A stretch of DNA of 63,975 nucleotides, counting the filler, from Lama guanicoe (taxonomy: Eukaryota): assembly GCA_013239625.1 (NCBI GenBank). It is 193 parts of 193 records of this genome, joined end to end, with 100 filler letters (N's around TTAATTAATTAA, not from the genome) between each part and the next. Parts side by side here need not be neighbours in the genome. Positions count along the whole stretch, not along the records: positions 1 to 232 come from PNXV01044217.1; positions 333 to 564 come from PNXV01044218.1; positions 665 to 896 come from PNXV01044219.1; positions 997 to 1,228 come from PNXV01044220.1; positions 1,329 to 1,560 come from PNXV01044221.1; positions 1,661 to 1,892 come from PNXV01044222.1; positions 1,993 to 2,224 come from PNXV01044223.1; positions 2,325 to 2,556 come from PNXV01044224.1; 185 more parts are not named here. One strand, written 5' to 3'. The translations under genes were made by a program, and so were the position numbers. The notes beneath the pieces are model-generated. The model was not told the origin of the DNA and did not search any database. It saw only the letters and a list, made by a program, of their open reading frames with translations. This document shows, piece after piece, positions 1 to 13,487 of this stretch; the first letter of the stretch is position 1; the number at the start of each line of letters is the position of its first letter.

Positions 1-996
1 CTAGCAACTGATACATGTATTTGATGTGATTAGATTTGTGTGTGTGTGTGTGTGTTGATCTGTTGTTTGTTTTCCTCTGAAAAGCTATTAGTAAATCCAT
101 GACATGCCTTAAAATAAATGGTGTTTCAGAACTAGGGAGTGCAGTATTTCTGAAACAGGCAGGAATGTAAATGTCGACTAGATGAAACGCCTTCTAGTGT
201 TCATCTCTATCATTTTTGGATGTACTGTTTCTNNNNNNNNNNNNNNNNNNNNNNNNNNNNNNNNNNNNNNNNNNNNTTAATTAATTAANNNNNNNNNNNN
301 NNNNNNNNNNNNNNNNNNNNNNNNNNNNNNNNAGTACCACAGTGAAAATTCTCATGTTGAATAGCAGGCACAAGTAAAAATTATTGTATCCGACTGAATC
401 TGTACTTGCTCTGAACAGTTGACATTTAAATTGGGAGTTTGCCAGGGGCCTCTGGCTTCATTCCATAATTGTCAAGTTCCATGGCATTGAGGAAGTTATT
501 TTAATTCCAAGAAACAGGAGTTTGCATCTTCAGAGCTAATGCTGCTATTCAAAACCAAAATACANNNNNNNNNNNNNNNNNNNNNNNNNNNNNNNNNNNN
601 NNNNNNNNTTAATTAATTAANNNNNNNNNNNNNNNNNNNNNNNNNNNNNNNNNNNNNNNNNNNNAATTTTTTTTTTTTTGCTTGACATGCAGGGCTGGGT
701 TTACTTAGCATTAGCAACTTGAGCTAAGTTTGATGATGGTCTTTTAATTACCATAGCATTTTTGACAGAGAAGATCAAGTAATGTTTAAAAACAAAAACA
801 AGGATGTGGAGAGATCTAAGTAGAATCTATGCCGACCAATTTAATTTGGCCCTGAAATCAAATTCTTGACTCTTTCAAAATTGTAGAATAGATAGANNNN
901 NNNNNNNNNNNNNNNNNNNNNNNNNNNNNNNNNNNNNNNNTTAATTAATTAANNNNNNNNNNNNNNNNNNNNNNNNNNNNNNNNNNNNNNNNNNNN

Positions 997-1157
997 GCAC
1001 AGAGTTTCCGTATGGGAACATGGAAATTTCTGGAGATGGATAGTACTGGTGGGTGCGCAACAATGTTAGTGTACTTAGTGTCACTGGATCACACACTTAA
1101 AATGATTAAAATGGTAAATTTTATGGTATGCGTATTTTGCCAAAGTAAAAATAAAAC
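997..1157 (+). mobile_element. L1 (L1MB-type) 3' UTR end
   Basis: cagagtttc...tctggagatggatagt...cacttaaaatgattaaaatggtaaattttatg followed by an A-rich tail matches the recalled L1MB 3' terminus. Confidence 0.8.
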
Positions 1158-4100
1158 AGAACAATAAAAATATGCTGTAGGGTTTATAAAATGTGTAATA
1201 GTAATATATATGACAACATAGCATAAAGNNNNNNNNNNNNNNNNNNNNNNNNNNNNNNNNNNNNNNNNNNNNTTAATTAATTAANNNNNNNNNNNNNNNN
1301 NNNNNNNNNNNNNNNNNNNNNNNNNNNNTGAGGCTCATGTCTCCGATTTTTTTGTAGCAGGATGTAGAGTTACTGTTCCAATAGGCATAGAACTTCAGAA
1401 TCGTGGTGTGGCGCGCAGAGGGAGATGCATGTCCTGTGCAGTGTTGGAGCAGGCTTACTGTCTTTTTGTGTCTCAGTTGCCTCTTCCTTACGATGAAGGA
1501 TGGGAACCAGTTACTCTTAAACTTCCTCCTAGCTTTAAGGTATTTATTCAGTGAGTGATANNNNNNNNNNNNNNNNNNNNNNNNNNNNNNNNNNNNNNNN
1601 NNNNTTAATTAATTAANNNNNNNNNNNNNNNNNNNNNNNNNNNNNNNNNNNNNNNNNNNNTTGTGGTGGGATGAAAGGAGGTGGGCGTCTGGAGCGCCAG
1701 CACACCGCTCGCATGGCGGACCCTCAGCGGACCTCCACGCCTGGCACGTCCCTCCGTCGGTTTTTGCAGTTGATGATCCCTTAATGACGTGTGATGCTGG
1801 GCACTTTGCAAACGCTTATCTGCCATCTGTATGTTTGTGTGCTTGTGTGTGTATTGAGTTACAGTCAGTTGCAATGCTGTGTCGGTTTCTGGNNNNNNNN
1901 NNNNNNNNNNNNNNNNNNNNNNNNNNNNNNNNNNNNTTAATTAATTAANNNNNNNNNNNNNNNNNNNNNNNNNNNNNNNNNNNNNNNNNNNNGGGACGTG
2001 TTGTGCACAGCTGTGTTATGTTTAGAGTTACCACTGTAGATCCTGAGCAAGTTAACTCTCATCATAAATAAGGATCTTATTTACTTACAAGGTTGATTAA
2101 TTTATATGTTTTTAAAATTTATGAGATGGCCAGCACCTCATAGCCCAAGAAAAACCAGACGTCCACTGTGATATATGCCTGATGAGAGCGTGGCATTTGA
2201 TTTTTATTTTGGTAACATCATTCCNNNNNNNNNNNNNNNNNNNNNNNNNNNNNNNNNNNNNNNNNNNNTTAATTAATTAANNNNNNNNNNNNNNNNNNNN
2301 NNNNNNNNNNNNNNNNNNNNNNNNAAAACCATTTGGAAGGACATTCACTAAACAGTAGGAATGGATCTCTGGGCACTGAAATTTAGATAACTTTTACCTT
2401 GTTTTACTATTTTTCTTTAAAGTTGGGATTTTTTTACATGTATTATTTTACAGTTAGAATAAATAATAGAACCTTTTTCACTTTGGAAAAATAAAAGAAA
2501 AAGCTTAAAAAAATATTTAGGGATCTTAAAAAAGTCACCATAAGTTTAAGTGAGTTNNNNNNNNNNNNNNNNNNNNNNNNNNNNNNNNNNNNNNNNNNNN
2601 TTAATTAATTAANNNNNNNNNNNNNNNNNNNNNNNNNNNNNNNNNNNNNNNNNNNNTGTACTTGTCAAAATAAATTCCAAATAGATCCAACACATAAGTG
2701 TAAACCTCAAAACCACTAAAGCCTTAGAAAATGTTGGTGTAGGAAAGACCTTTTTAAGAATCAAAATTTTAAAGCAATAAGAGAACTGATAAAATATTTT
2801 ATTGCATCAGAATTTAAAACCTCTGTATAACAAAAGATCCTGTAAACAAACTTAAGAGACAGAGAGACAGACATAGTTAATCTACAAANNNNNNNNNNNN
2901 NNNNNNNNNNNNNNNNNNNNNNNNNNNNNNNNTTAATTAATTAANNNNNNNNNNNNNNNNNNNNNNNNNNNNNNNNNNNNNNNNNNNNTGAATGAATGAA
3001 TAAATGATACAATCACAGACACAGAGAAAAACAAAGATAAGGCACAGGAATGAACATCTAGTTACATACATTTCTCCAACCTTGCAAAAATGATATACAT
3101 TTACATGGAAGCACAGAAACACGTCTTGTGTATGACTAAAGCTGTCAGTGGACACGTCCCTTAAGTTAAGCCTTTTATTATTCCTGTCTTTATTCTAATC
3201 CAGATCTTCTTCCCACTGACNNNNNNNNNNNNNNNNNNNNNNNNNNNNNNNNNNNNNNNNNNNNTTAATTAATTAANNNNNNNNNNNNNNNNNNNNNNNN
3301 NNNNNNNNNNNNNNNNNNNNGAAAATAATAAATTTATTTTTGAAAGTTAAAATGTTTTTTCTTCTATTATAAAAACAATGTTAAATGGTCCTTAATCAAA
3401 CATGATGATAAATCATGCTAAAGTTGTTACTAAAGATGGGAGGGTTTCTAAACTTCTTTGAATACAACTAATTTAATTCTGTAAATCTTTACTCAAAAAT
3501 CAGCTTCAAAGAAATCAAATTATTTCAAGAGTGAAGGGAGGAGCTCTTTAACNNNNNNNNNNNNNNNNNNNNNNNNNNNNNNNNNNNNNNNNNNNNTTAA
3601 TTAATTAANNNNNNNNNNNNNNNNNNNNNNNNNNNNNNNNNNNNNNNNNNNNGTTCTGTGAATGCTCTAATCTCTTCCACTCCTGAGTCGTGATTTTTTT
3701 TTCATCAGTCACTGAAATCCGCATCCTAAATATACAGGTTTTTCCATGTGAAATAGTTTGAGTAAGTTCCCATTTCTAATCTCTAAGGTAGTTTTGTCTT
3801 CCCTGCACAAAGGTTTTCCAAAGCATCTACTGAGTGGCAAGAAGTCTGGGAGACAATTTCTCATTTCATTCTTTTTTGACATTTNNNNNNNNNNNNNNNN
3901 NNNNNNNNNNNNNNNNNNNNNNNNNNNNTTAATTAATTAANNNNNNNNNNNNNNNNNNNNNNNNNNNNNNNNNNNNNNNNNNNNAGAAACAGCTTTTCAA
4001 AGTAAGTATGATTATTAAGCTTTTCTAAAGGCAATTCTGAATTTGTCACTTATATGGACTAATTCTACCTTTAAAAATAGTAATGCCTTACATATAATCT

Positions 4101-4980
4101 CCTTAAAGAAAACAAGCACTTGAAAATGCAGAACATTTTTGTATTTTACCCTAAGTGTAAAAATAAAATTTCACTAAGGAATGGGGAAAAAATGAAGCAC
4201 ATTTAAATAATTTTATNNNNNNNNNNNNNNNNNNNNNNNNNNNNNNNNNNNNNNNNNNNNTTAATTAATTAANNNNNNNNNNNNNNNNNNNNNNNNNNNN
4301 NNNNNNNNNNNNNNNNAATGTTAGACGCATTTAAAAAGTAGCAGAAAGCAGCACAGGGAGCTCCCGGACACCCGCCGCCCGGCTGCCCCGAGGCCGGCAC
4401 CTTCTGCCTCCGGGCACGGAGAGCGGAGCTGAGAAGCCCGTGCCAGCCCCGGGGGCGGCTACAGCACAGACTTCCCTTGGGTTTCATCTGTTTTCCACGA
4501 ATGTCCTTTTTCTGTTCCAGGATCTCATATTGCACTTAGCTGGTATGCNNNNNNNNNNNNNNNNNNNNNNNNNNNNNNNNNNNNNNNNNNNNTTAATTAA
4601 TTAANNNNNNNNNNNNNNNNNNNNNNNNNNNNNNNNNNNNNNNNNNNNTTTTTCCCCCTACTTAGATTTAATGCATCATCCAAGTCTTAACTCAAATTTC
4701 AATTTTTATTTCCCTGTGAAGCCTTCCTTAGCAATCTAAAAGAATTCGCCTCCTCTAATCTTTAGCCACATTTATTGCTTGCATTAATCATGTTGGCACT
4801 ATTTAATCATTAGTGATTCTTGTTCTTTTTTCATATTTTTGTCTGTTTTGTTTGCCCAGCTGTATGGTAAGTCCACAAAANNNNNNNNNNNNNNNNNNNN
4901 NNNNNNNNNNNNNNNNNNNNNNNNTTAATTAATTAANNNNNNNNNNNNNNNNNNNNNNNNNNNNNNNNNNNNNNNNNNNN

Positions 4981-5212
4981 CTGCGAGTGGGGCCGGGCGG
5001 TGGGCCGGTGGAGCTTGGGGCGGTGGGGCAGTGGGGCGAGCCCTGCCCGCGGCCAGGGCTGGCCGGGTCCCCAACCCCAACGCCCCCCCCACGCCCTCCT
5101 TCAGTGTCCTGGCCCCCAGGTAGGACCACCACGGACCCAGGGCCAGGCCACGCCCCACCAGCCCCACTACCCCTGCTCGCCGATCCCCACCCAGTCAATG
5201 CCTCCCCACCCC
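4981..5212. promoter_or_regulatory. GC/CpG-rich fragment, probable CpG-island piece
   Basis: Very high GC with many CpG, GGGCGG boxes and G-runs. No gene recognised. Confidence 0.4.
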
Positions 5213-7097
5213 NNNNNNNNNNNNNNNNNNNNNNNNNNNNNNNNNNNNNNNNNNNNTTAATTAATTAANNNNNNNNNNNNNNNNNNNNNNNNNNNNNNNN
5301 NNNNNNNNNNNNACTGCCCCCCTGTAAATGAAGTGTTTCATATGCTTTCCAGTTTGCCAACGTGTCCTCCACCCCAGTGTGTCACACCCAGCCAGTTTTG
5401 CTCATTTCTATACCTGCCTGGCCCCAGAAAGGTTTTGAGTTGGAATCTGCAGCATAATGTGTTTAAAAAAATTTTTTTAAAGAAAAGAAAAGCTTGGGAG
5501 TTAGACAAACCTGGGAACTAGTCCAGCCTCTGCCACTGACTAATNNNNNNNNNNNNNNNNNNNNNNNNNNNNNNNNNNNNNNNNNNNNTTAATTAATTAA
5601 NNNNNNNNNNNNNNNNNNNNNNNNNNNNNNNNNNNNNNNNNNNNCTGAATTTTCAATAGTTTAAAATCTAACTTCACCTAGAACACAACTGTATCAGAGG
5701 TGAAGGGGTACCTAAAAGGACAAAATGGGGTCCCTTTTACAGGGATAATTACATATATCTTGAGCTTTTATTTATATTAATCTTATTTAACTATTATAAA
5801 CCACGTGTGAGGTTGGACTAGGTGGTGATTCTCATTTTAAGGATTCTCTGAATTGCAGAGGAAAATGAATAGCCCTNNNNNNNNNNNNNNNNNNNNNNNN
5901 NNNNNNNNNNNNNNNNNNNNTTAATTAATTAANNNNNNNNNNNNNNNNNNNNNNNNNNNNNNNNNNNNNNNNNNNNGGAGAAAAGCAATCAAATTCATTT
6001 AGGGTTTGTATTTTGACAAACAAGTGAAACAAGTCAGAGGGCAAAGGAGTCTAGAGTATTTGTAAAAGAGTTATTTCAGATGTGAACAGGGGAATTCTAA
6101 GGTGGGTAAGTGGGTAAATACCTAAGATGGACACTAACAGATAAGGAGAAGAGAGAAGTCTCTCAGTGACTTGGTTGTCCCTATAGGATCAAAGATGCTT
6201 ATAGTGAANNNNNNNNNNNNNNNNNNNNNNNNNNNNNNNNNNNNNNNNNNNNTTAATTAATTAANNNNNNNNNNNNNNNNNNNNNNNNNNNNNNNNNNNN
6301 NNNNNNNNCTCCCTTCCTTGGGCAGCCCCACGCCTTCTGCTGGCACTCATACTCTGAGGTGGCCCTCAGAATTTTGTATCCCTTTTCCTTGCCAGGGCCG
6401 TGCTTTTCACTAGCCGAGAGGGGATCACGGTCAGACCCCCACCTACTGGCACCACCTGGCACAGAGTGGGTGCTCCAATAATGAATGAGTGAACAGTCGA
6501 ATTCTTGTTTTGCTCAAGCAGGAACTAAGACTCAAAAAAANNNNNNNNNNNNNNNNNNNNNNNNNNNNNNNNNNNNNNNNNNNNTTAATTAATTAANNNN
6601 NNNNNNNNNNNNNNNNNNNNNNNNNNNNNNNNNNNNNNNNCCTGCATTTGTGGCTTGTTTTTGATTATATGAATTTTTTACATATTGCACTTTATTTACC
6701 CATTGAATTTTTGATTTTTGATTACAAGCATTCATTATTTTTGGAAGAGGTTTTTTTGTTTGCTTTTTGTGGAGGGTGGGGATTACAATGTGTGTATCTG
6801 CCATTTCATAGTCTACTTAGACTTCACATAAAATATGGAAGCCTTGTAATCATTCAGGCAGTTCCATTATCTNNNNNNNNNNNNNNNNNNNNNNNNNNNN
6901 NNNNNNNNNNNNNNNNTTAATTAATTAANNNNNNNNNNNNNNNNNNNNNNNNNNNNNNNNNNNNNNNNNNNNCTCATGGTCATGTTGCAGCCTCAGTTTT
7001 CCGTCCACTGTCCCAGCAACCACTTGGTGGTATTGTTAGCAAAGGCAGATCAGATCCTTCAGGAGGGTGAGAGTCCTGATTTGGCCTTCCTTCCCTG

Positions 7098-7204
7098 TGT
7101 TTCCAAGTCCACTCTCATTCCACAACGCACGACAGGCCAAGAAATCGAGACACATGGTGTCGGGGTAAAGAATAGTGAGTTTATTTGGAAAGCCAGCTGA
7201 CCAA
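7098..7204 (-). mobile_element. ERV1-type LTR end (probable solo LTR)
   Basis: tgtttccaagtcc...cgcacgacaggccaa...tttatttggaaagccagc resembles laurasiatherian ERV1 LTR U5/R in reverse. AATAAA is present on the minus strand and no primer-binding site follows the terminal CA. Confidence 0.55.
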
Positions 7205-8964
7205 NNNNNNNNNNNNNNNNNNNNNNNNNNNNNNNNNNNNNNNNNNNNTTAATTAATTAANNNNNNNNNNNNNNNNNNNNNNNNNNNNNNNNNNNNNNNN
7301 NNNNATCAGACCCATTCCTTTTTTTTATGGACTTTACTGAGAGCCTACTCTGTTTTGGCCACATAAGCATCCCTAGGTTCCAGGATTTATATAATTATAT
7401 GTCATAACCAAGTTGACAGTGTTCTTGATTGGTGGTTCACTAGTAATACTTTTTGTGATGTCTTACCACCGTCTCCGGTATCCATATACATTGAAGCTAA
7501 TTTGTGACTTGTAAATACCTGATTCTGTTCAGGTAGNNNNNNNNNNNNNNNNNNNNNNNNNNNNNNNNNNNNNNNNNNNNTTAATTAATTAANNNNNNNN
7601 NNNNNNNNNNNNNNNNNNNNNNNNNNNNNNNNNNNNAACACAGTTAAAAATATTCATGCAGACTTGCTAAAGTCTTTCTATTTTTTACCATGTAAAGGGA
7701 ACGCCTGGATATTTTGCAGAAGCAGTTCTGACATTGACATTGGGGGACATTCCGAGGATAATCAAAGTTTACTTTAGTTCCACATGTGTTTATTGAGTTT
7801 CTATCTGGTGTCTGGCACTGCTCTGGGTGTGAAAGGATTAAAGGAAGAAATCAGTCTGCTTTTCAAGANNNNNNNNNNNNNNNNNNNNNNNNNNNNNNNN
7901 NNNNNNNNNNNNTTAATTAATTAANNNNNNNNNNNNNNNNNNNNNNNNNNNNNNNNNNNNNNNNNNNNAAATTAAGGTTCTGCTCTTGAGGAACCTTCAG
8001 ACTGTGATTAGAAAAGTGTTGCACAAAGTTTTGAAGACAGCACACCTATAGCACCAGGCAGACTATGGACTCCCATCAAGTTCCCAGTGAGTAGGGCTGC
8101 TAGGTAATTTCAGGTGGAGAGCAAGAACAGACAGAGGGCAGGAAGGACGGATGGGCTGCGGGGCCGTGGCTGGGCGCAGAGGTCACTGGGAGATTCAGTG
8201 NNNNNNNNNNNNNNNNNNNNNNNNNNNNNNNNNNNNNNNNNNNNTTAATTAATTAANNNNNNNNNNNNNNNNNNNNNNNNNNNNNNNNNNNNNNNNNNNN
8301 ACAGCAAATCTGACACCGTCACAGCCTCTTCCTCGTCTTACATGTGAGACTGACCGTTCCTGTTGTATCTCAGTCTGCTCATGTGTCCACAGGCAGACAG
8401 GTCTTGCTGCAAGATGAACACCTCCCTGTGAAGATGTTATAAGTGGTAGACAGTGTTGAGTCCTGGCTCCTCGTATCTTAGCATCTAAGGGTGACCCCAG
8501 GATGCTTCTTGTCTAAGTGCTTCATTCTGAGGNNNNNNNNNNNNNNNNNNNNNNNNNNNNNNNNNNNNNNNNNNNNTTAATTAATTAANNNNNNNNNNNN
8601 NNNNNNNNNNNNNNNNNNNNNNNNNNNNNNNNGTTTGTGTGTTAATAGTTATCCCAAGAAATTCCCAAGGTTGCATTTTTTTGTACTTTATCTTGAGCAA
8701 AAAAAAGGCCCTTGGTTTGTAAAATTGTAACAGTTTTTTGAAATAGAAGGAGATTAGGTTTGTTTTTTATAGTCAGTAAAATGTTATCCATATAATGAAA
8801 ACTATATGCCTGAGAAAATTGTTGACGTATAGTTTCTAAAATTTTTCTTACTAATTGCTGACATNNNNNNNNNNNNNNNNNNNNNNNNNNNNNNNNNNNN
8901 NNNNNNNNTTAATTAATTAANNNNNNNNNNNNNNNNNNNNNNNNNNNNNNNNNNNNNNNNNNNN

Positions 8965-9196
8965 CCCCGACTCCCCACTCCCCTTTAGGTGCGACAGGAT
9001 GGCTAGAGCAGGCTGGACGTGGTTATTTCCCTTCCCCTGGGTCAGTTAGGCTCTGATAAGTTCCAGCAGGTGAGGCTCTGGTTAAATAGTTTCTCCTGAC
9101 AGCAGACCTTGATAAGGAGAACCGAATGCTCTGATATATTGCAAAATGGTTCCCTTTCCTTTCCCCCTGCTGGAAACATGGGGGGGATTTTTTTTT
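8965..9196 (-). mobile_element. Ancient L1M 5' region fragment
   Basis: gttaggctctg...aatagtttctcctga...gaatgctctg...aaaatggttccctttcc resembles the recalled L1MC-type 5' sequence. Confidence 0.5.
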
Positions 9197-9297
9197 NNNN
9201 NNNNNNNNNNNNNNNNNNNNNNNNNNNNNNNNNNNNNNNNTTAATTAATTAANNNNNNNNNNNNNNNNNNNNNNNNNNNNNNNNNNNNNNNNNNNNC

Positions 9298-9528
9298 GGG
9301 CTGGAGGGAGACAGCAAGCTGGGCCGGCGGCGCGCGCTGGAGGCGCTAGAGCGCGCGCTGGAGGCGGCACGGCCCGAGGCGCCCGACGCCGACCCCGCCG
9401 CCGCGGCCGCCGCCTTCCAGGGCCCCTGGGCGCGCCTGCTGCTGCCGCGCCTGCTGCGCTGTCTGGCCGACCCGGCCGAGGGCTGCCGCGCACTGGCCGT
9501 GCACCTGCTGGGCCTGGGCCTGCGGCGC
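9298..9528 (+). CDS. DNAAF5: DNAAF5 (HEATR2) exon 1, partial
   Basis: Open frame [77 protein letters not shown] matches the recalled human [17 protein letters not shown]...[32 protein letters not shown]. It is absent from the ORF track. Confidence 0.93.
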
Positions 9529-9960
9529 NNNNNNNNNNNNNNNNNNNNNNNNNNNNNNNNNNNNNNNNNNNNTTAATTAATTAANNNNNNNNNNNNNNNN
9601 NNNNNNNNNNNNNNNNNNNNNNNNNNNNAAAAAAAAAAGAAAAAAAAGAGGAGTCCTCAATCTTCTGCTTGAGGAACGTAAACTAGTCTGCAAGTGTTCT
9701 GAGAGCCTCACAAAAAAGGAGCGGTGACTCTTACTCTTCAGTAGCTCAGAGACTTTCACTCATTCCCCTTGTGTTCCAGAAAGCACTTTCCTTCTGCCCT
9801 TTACTTTGGTTTTTCAGAGTCTAGAAACTTTTCAGATCATTTGCTCCAGAGAATAATGGCNNNNNNNNNNNNNNNNNNNNNNNNNNNNNNNNNNNNNNNN
9901 NNNNTTAATTAATTAANNNNNNNNNNNNNNNNNNNNNNNNNNNNNNNNNNNNNNNNNNNN

Positions 9961-10191
9961 GGGCATATTGCTCCTTCTAATTCACCTTGGAATTCACCTA
10001 TATTTATCATAAAGAAAAAATCTGGAAAATGGAGATTACTACAAGATTTACGCAAAGTAAATGAAACCTTAGAATTGCTGGGTGCTTTACAGCCCGGTCT
10101 GCCTACTCCCATGGCTATACCTGATGGAACTTATAAAATTATCATTGATTTAAAAGACTGTTTTTATACTATTCCTCTATATCCTGATGAT
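9961..10191 (+). mobile_element. pol: Endogenous betaretrovirus (class II ERV) pol, reverse transcriptase N-terminal fragment
   Basis: 77 open codons, [77 protein letters not shown], containing the [30 protein letters not shown] and IDLKDCF betaretroviral motifs. Confidence 0.96.
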
Positions 10192-13100
10192 TNNNNNNNN
10201 NNNNNNNNNNNNNNNNNNNNNNNNNNNNNNNNNNNNTTAATTAATTAANNNNNNNNNNNNNNNNNNNNNNNNNNNNNNNNNNNNNNNNNNNNTTCTAACT
10301 TAAAATGATTCTCTTTCCATCAACAAAGATAGTATAAAACTATCTCTTCAAAAAGATGATTTCAATTTTAAAAATTCACTCGTAAATAAGTTTCTGAAAC
10401 TTGCTGTGTGAGTTTGCAAGAAGGCCTGGCCATGAGCTGTGTTATCATGTAACCTCCTTGAAAGAGCTAAAATATGAAAGGAATCAAAGTTGTGGTCAAG
10501 TCTTGTGAAGGCTTGGGGAAAGGCNNNNNNNNNNNNNNNNNNNNNNNNNNNNNNNNNNNNNNNNNNNNTTAATTAATTAANNNNNNNNNNNNNNNNNNNN
10601 NNNNNNNNNNNNNNNNNNNNNNNNGTGGGGGAATTCAGAGAGCTGTCCTATCCCCTTGTGGTCCTCATTTGCACATCCATGTAATGGACTGAGGAGGAAC
10701 TCCCATGCCCCAGAGGAAGTGGAGCACGTCCTGGATGCCTGGGGAACTGGCCTGGTGAGTGAGGACAGGGCAGGAATGGACAGGGGATGACCCAGTGCCT
10801 CTGCTGCCCCACCTGCTGGGCTGGGGAGAGCTCTGCCCAGGAAGCAGGAAGGCCTANNNNNNNNNNNNNNNNNNNNNNNNNNNNNNNNNNNNNNNNNNNN
10901 TTAATTAATTAANNNNNNNNNNNNNNNNNNNNNNNNNNNNNNNNNNNNNNNNNNNNTATTGTAACGATAAATGAAAATGAAAACAAAGTTACGAAATTTT
11001 AGCGAGATTTGACTCCATGCCAAAGCGTGTGACCCTAAGCTGTAGGCTTTTAAACAATAGAGGTGTATTGATGACAGATCAGTGAGCACCTCCCTTGAAA
11101 AACACATAGGAATACTGGGTGAAGGGTACCTGAACACATTGATTCTGTGGCCAGCTCAAGAAAAGAAAAGAAAGTCTCCATGTGTGAGNNNNNNNNNNNN
11201 NNNNNNNNNNNNNNNNNNNNNNNNNNNNNNNNTTAATTAATTAANNNNNNNNNNNNNNNNNNNNNNNNNNNNNNNNNNNNNNNNNNNNAAGACAAATCAG
11301 AAGTCAGTGAGATTCATTTAACAACTTTTCTATGAATAAAGAATGGAGTCCAACCCAGTTACACAGACTCTGCAAAGGATATATGCTGGATGAATGTGTC
11401 TGAAGACGGTTATAGTTTATTATAAACGACATATGAGAGTACCATTGTTTGGAAAATCAATGAGATGAAATGGTAGGCAGCGTGATTCGGGGTAAAATAT
11501 TAAAATAAAGTCCCCTGCTANNNNNNNNNNNNNNNNNNNNNNNNNNNNNNNNNNNNNNNNNNNNTTAATTAATTAANNNNNNNNNNNNNNNNNNNNNNNN
11601 NNNNNNNNNNNNNNNNNNNNCATATATATCAGTCTAGTAGAAACACTAGATCTTCCCACAATTCTTAGCAAAGTGTCATCACATTGCAATTACTCAAAAA
11701 TTACTGAAAGAAGGAAGGAAGGAATGAATGATAAGGTGAGTATAAAGATGCAAGAATAAACTGGAATTAAAAAACCAATCTTTGAAAATTTGTTAAGCAG
11801 TCAATTTCTTTTTTTTCTCTTTTATTGAGGTATAGTTGATTTACAATATTATNNNNNNNNNNNNNNNNNNNNNNNNNNNNNNNNNNNNNNNNNNNNTTAA
11901 TTAATTAANNNNNNNNNNNNNNNNNNNNNNNNNNNNNNNNNNNNNNNNNNNNTCCCTCCGGGGTGGCACAAACAGCAGTGGAGGATGGCTTGGTGACACT
12001 CGCTGGGTCTTTCTCCTGTTGGACTGCCGAGGTCAGCATCCATATCTCACTCACAGAAGGGAAGTAGGACTGCAGCGCGCCTGGGCATGTCTCGTTCATC
12101 TCTCCCACACACAGACTGGAAGGACTCCGTGCGAGTGAGCAGGAGCCGCAGAGAAAAGGTCTCAAGTTCTCACCTGAGTCCAGTNNNNNNNNNNNNNNNN
12201 NNNNNNNNNNNNNNNNNNNNNNNNNNNNTTAATTAATTAANNNNNNNNNNNNNNNNNNNNNNNNNNNNNNNNNNNNNNNNNNNNCCAAGGGACTACCTTG
12301 TTGTTAATGCTTAGAGTTGGATGTTATCACTAACGTATTAACAGATAATCAAGGTGTTTGCCACATTATAAACCTTTAAAGTGCAGACACCCTGCTGTAT
12401 TCAACATCGCATGCTCTGCGTTTAACATAGTGCTGGTACAGACCTATTTAAAGCATACAGTCAACTTCCTTTATTCAATGAGTGAAAAATAAATGATTTG
12501 AGAGCCTTTTAGGCATNNNNNNNNNNNNNNNNNNNNNNNNNNNNNNNNNNNNNNNNNNNNTTAATTAATTAANNNNNNNNNNNNNNNNNNNNNNNNNNNN
12601 NNNNNNNNNNNNNNNNGGAATAAAACGGTCTGATTATTCCTTTCCACATTTAGAGTGTGATCAAGTCCAGAAAAATGAATGAGTGGAAAGGGTGGCTCCG
12701 AGAGGGGCAAGGAGAAGGTTAGACACCAGTCAATTTCCCTTTTTTTGAGTTCCTCTAAATCCCAAAAATCAACCCAGTTTAATCGTGTGGCTCACTAAAC
12801 AGTCAGGTCCCAAGGGCTGTCTCTGTCCTGAATAATCACATGCAGGAANNNNNNNNNNNNNNNNNNNNNNNNNNNNNNNNNNNNNNNNNNNNTTAATTAA
12901 TTAANNNNNNNNNNNNNNNNNNNNNNNNNNNNNNNNNNNNNNNNNNNNTGACTACCACACCTCTCATAGAGTATTTTAAAGGTTATTATATTTTAAATTA
13001 TAGAAGCAGAAATGTTACCCATTACGTTTATGAAATGATTAAGTAACAATTTGGTGTAATCATATTCAGTGGAGGAATGATGGCTTCTACATCTTTGTAC

Positions 13101-13336
13101 ATCTGCCACAGTTGCTCCTCTATAGTATTTGTGGCCATGAGCATTTTTATGTCAACATGATCCTTTTCCAATTCTTTTTTNNNNNNNNNNNNNNNNNNNN
13201 NNNNNNNNNNNNNNNNNNNNNNNNTTAATTAATTAANNNNNNNNNNNNNNNNNNNNNNNNNNNNNNNNNNNNNNNNNNNNTTGCTCAACCTGACATTGTC
13301 ATACTGTTAAGTCCCTGATTCTGAAACACAAAGTGA

Positions 13337-13487
13337 GGGGTGAGGGTATAGCTCAAGTGGCAGAGCGCTTGTTTAGCATGCTCAAGGTCCTGGGTTCAAC
13401 CCCCGGTCCCTCCTGTAAAAATGAATAAATGAATAAACCTAATTACCTCCCACTGCCCCCCCAAATAAAATAAAATAATAAACAAAA
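13337..13487 (+). mobile_element. tRNA-Ala-derived SINE (camelid vic-1 type)
   Basis: Head gggtatagctcaagtggcagagcg...tagcatgc...gggttcaaccccc with Pol III A and B boxes, body aataaacctaattacctccc and an A-rich tail. Same family as 31611-31760. Confidence 0.85.

Noticed and set aside
9245..9493. Minus-strand Arg/Pro/Ala-rich ORF in the track
   Set aside because: It is the antisense shadow of the real DNAAF5 frame on the plus strand.
11953..12184. Fully open minus-strand frame and possible small exon
   Set aside because: No recognisable homology, and an open 77-codon frame in GC-rich DNA is expected by chance among 193 fragments.
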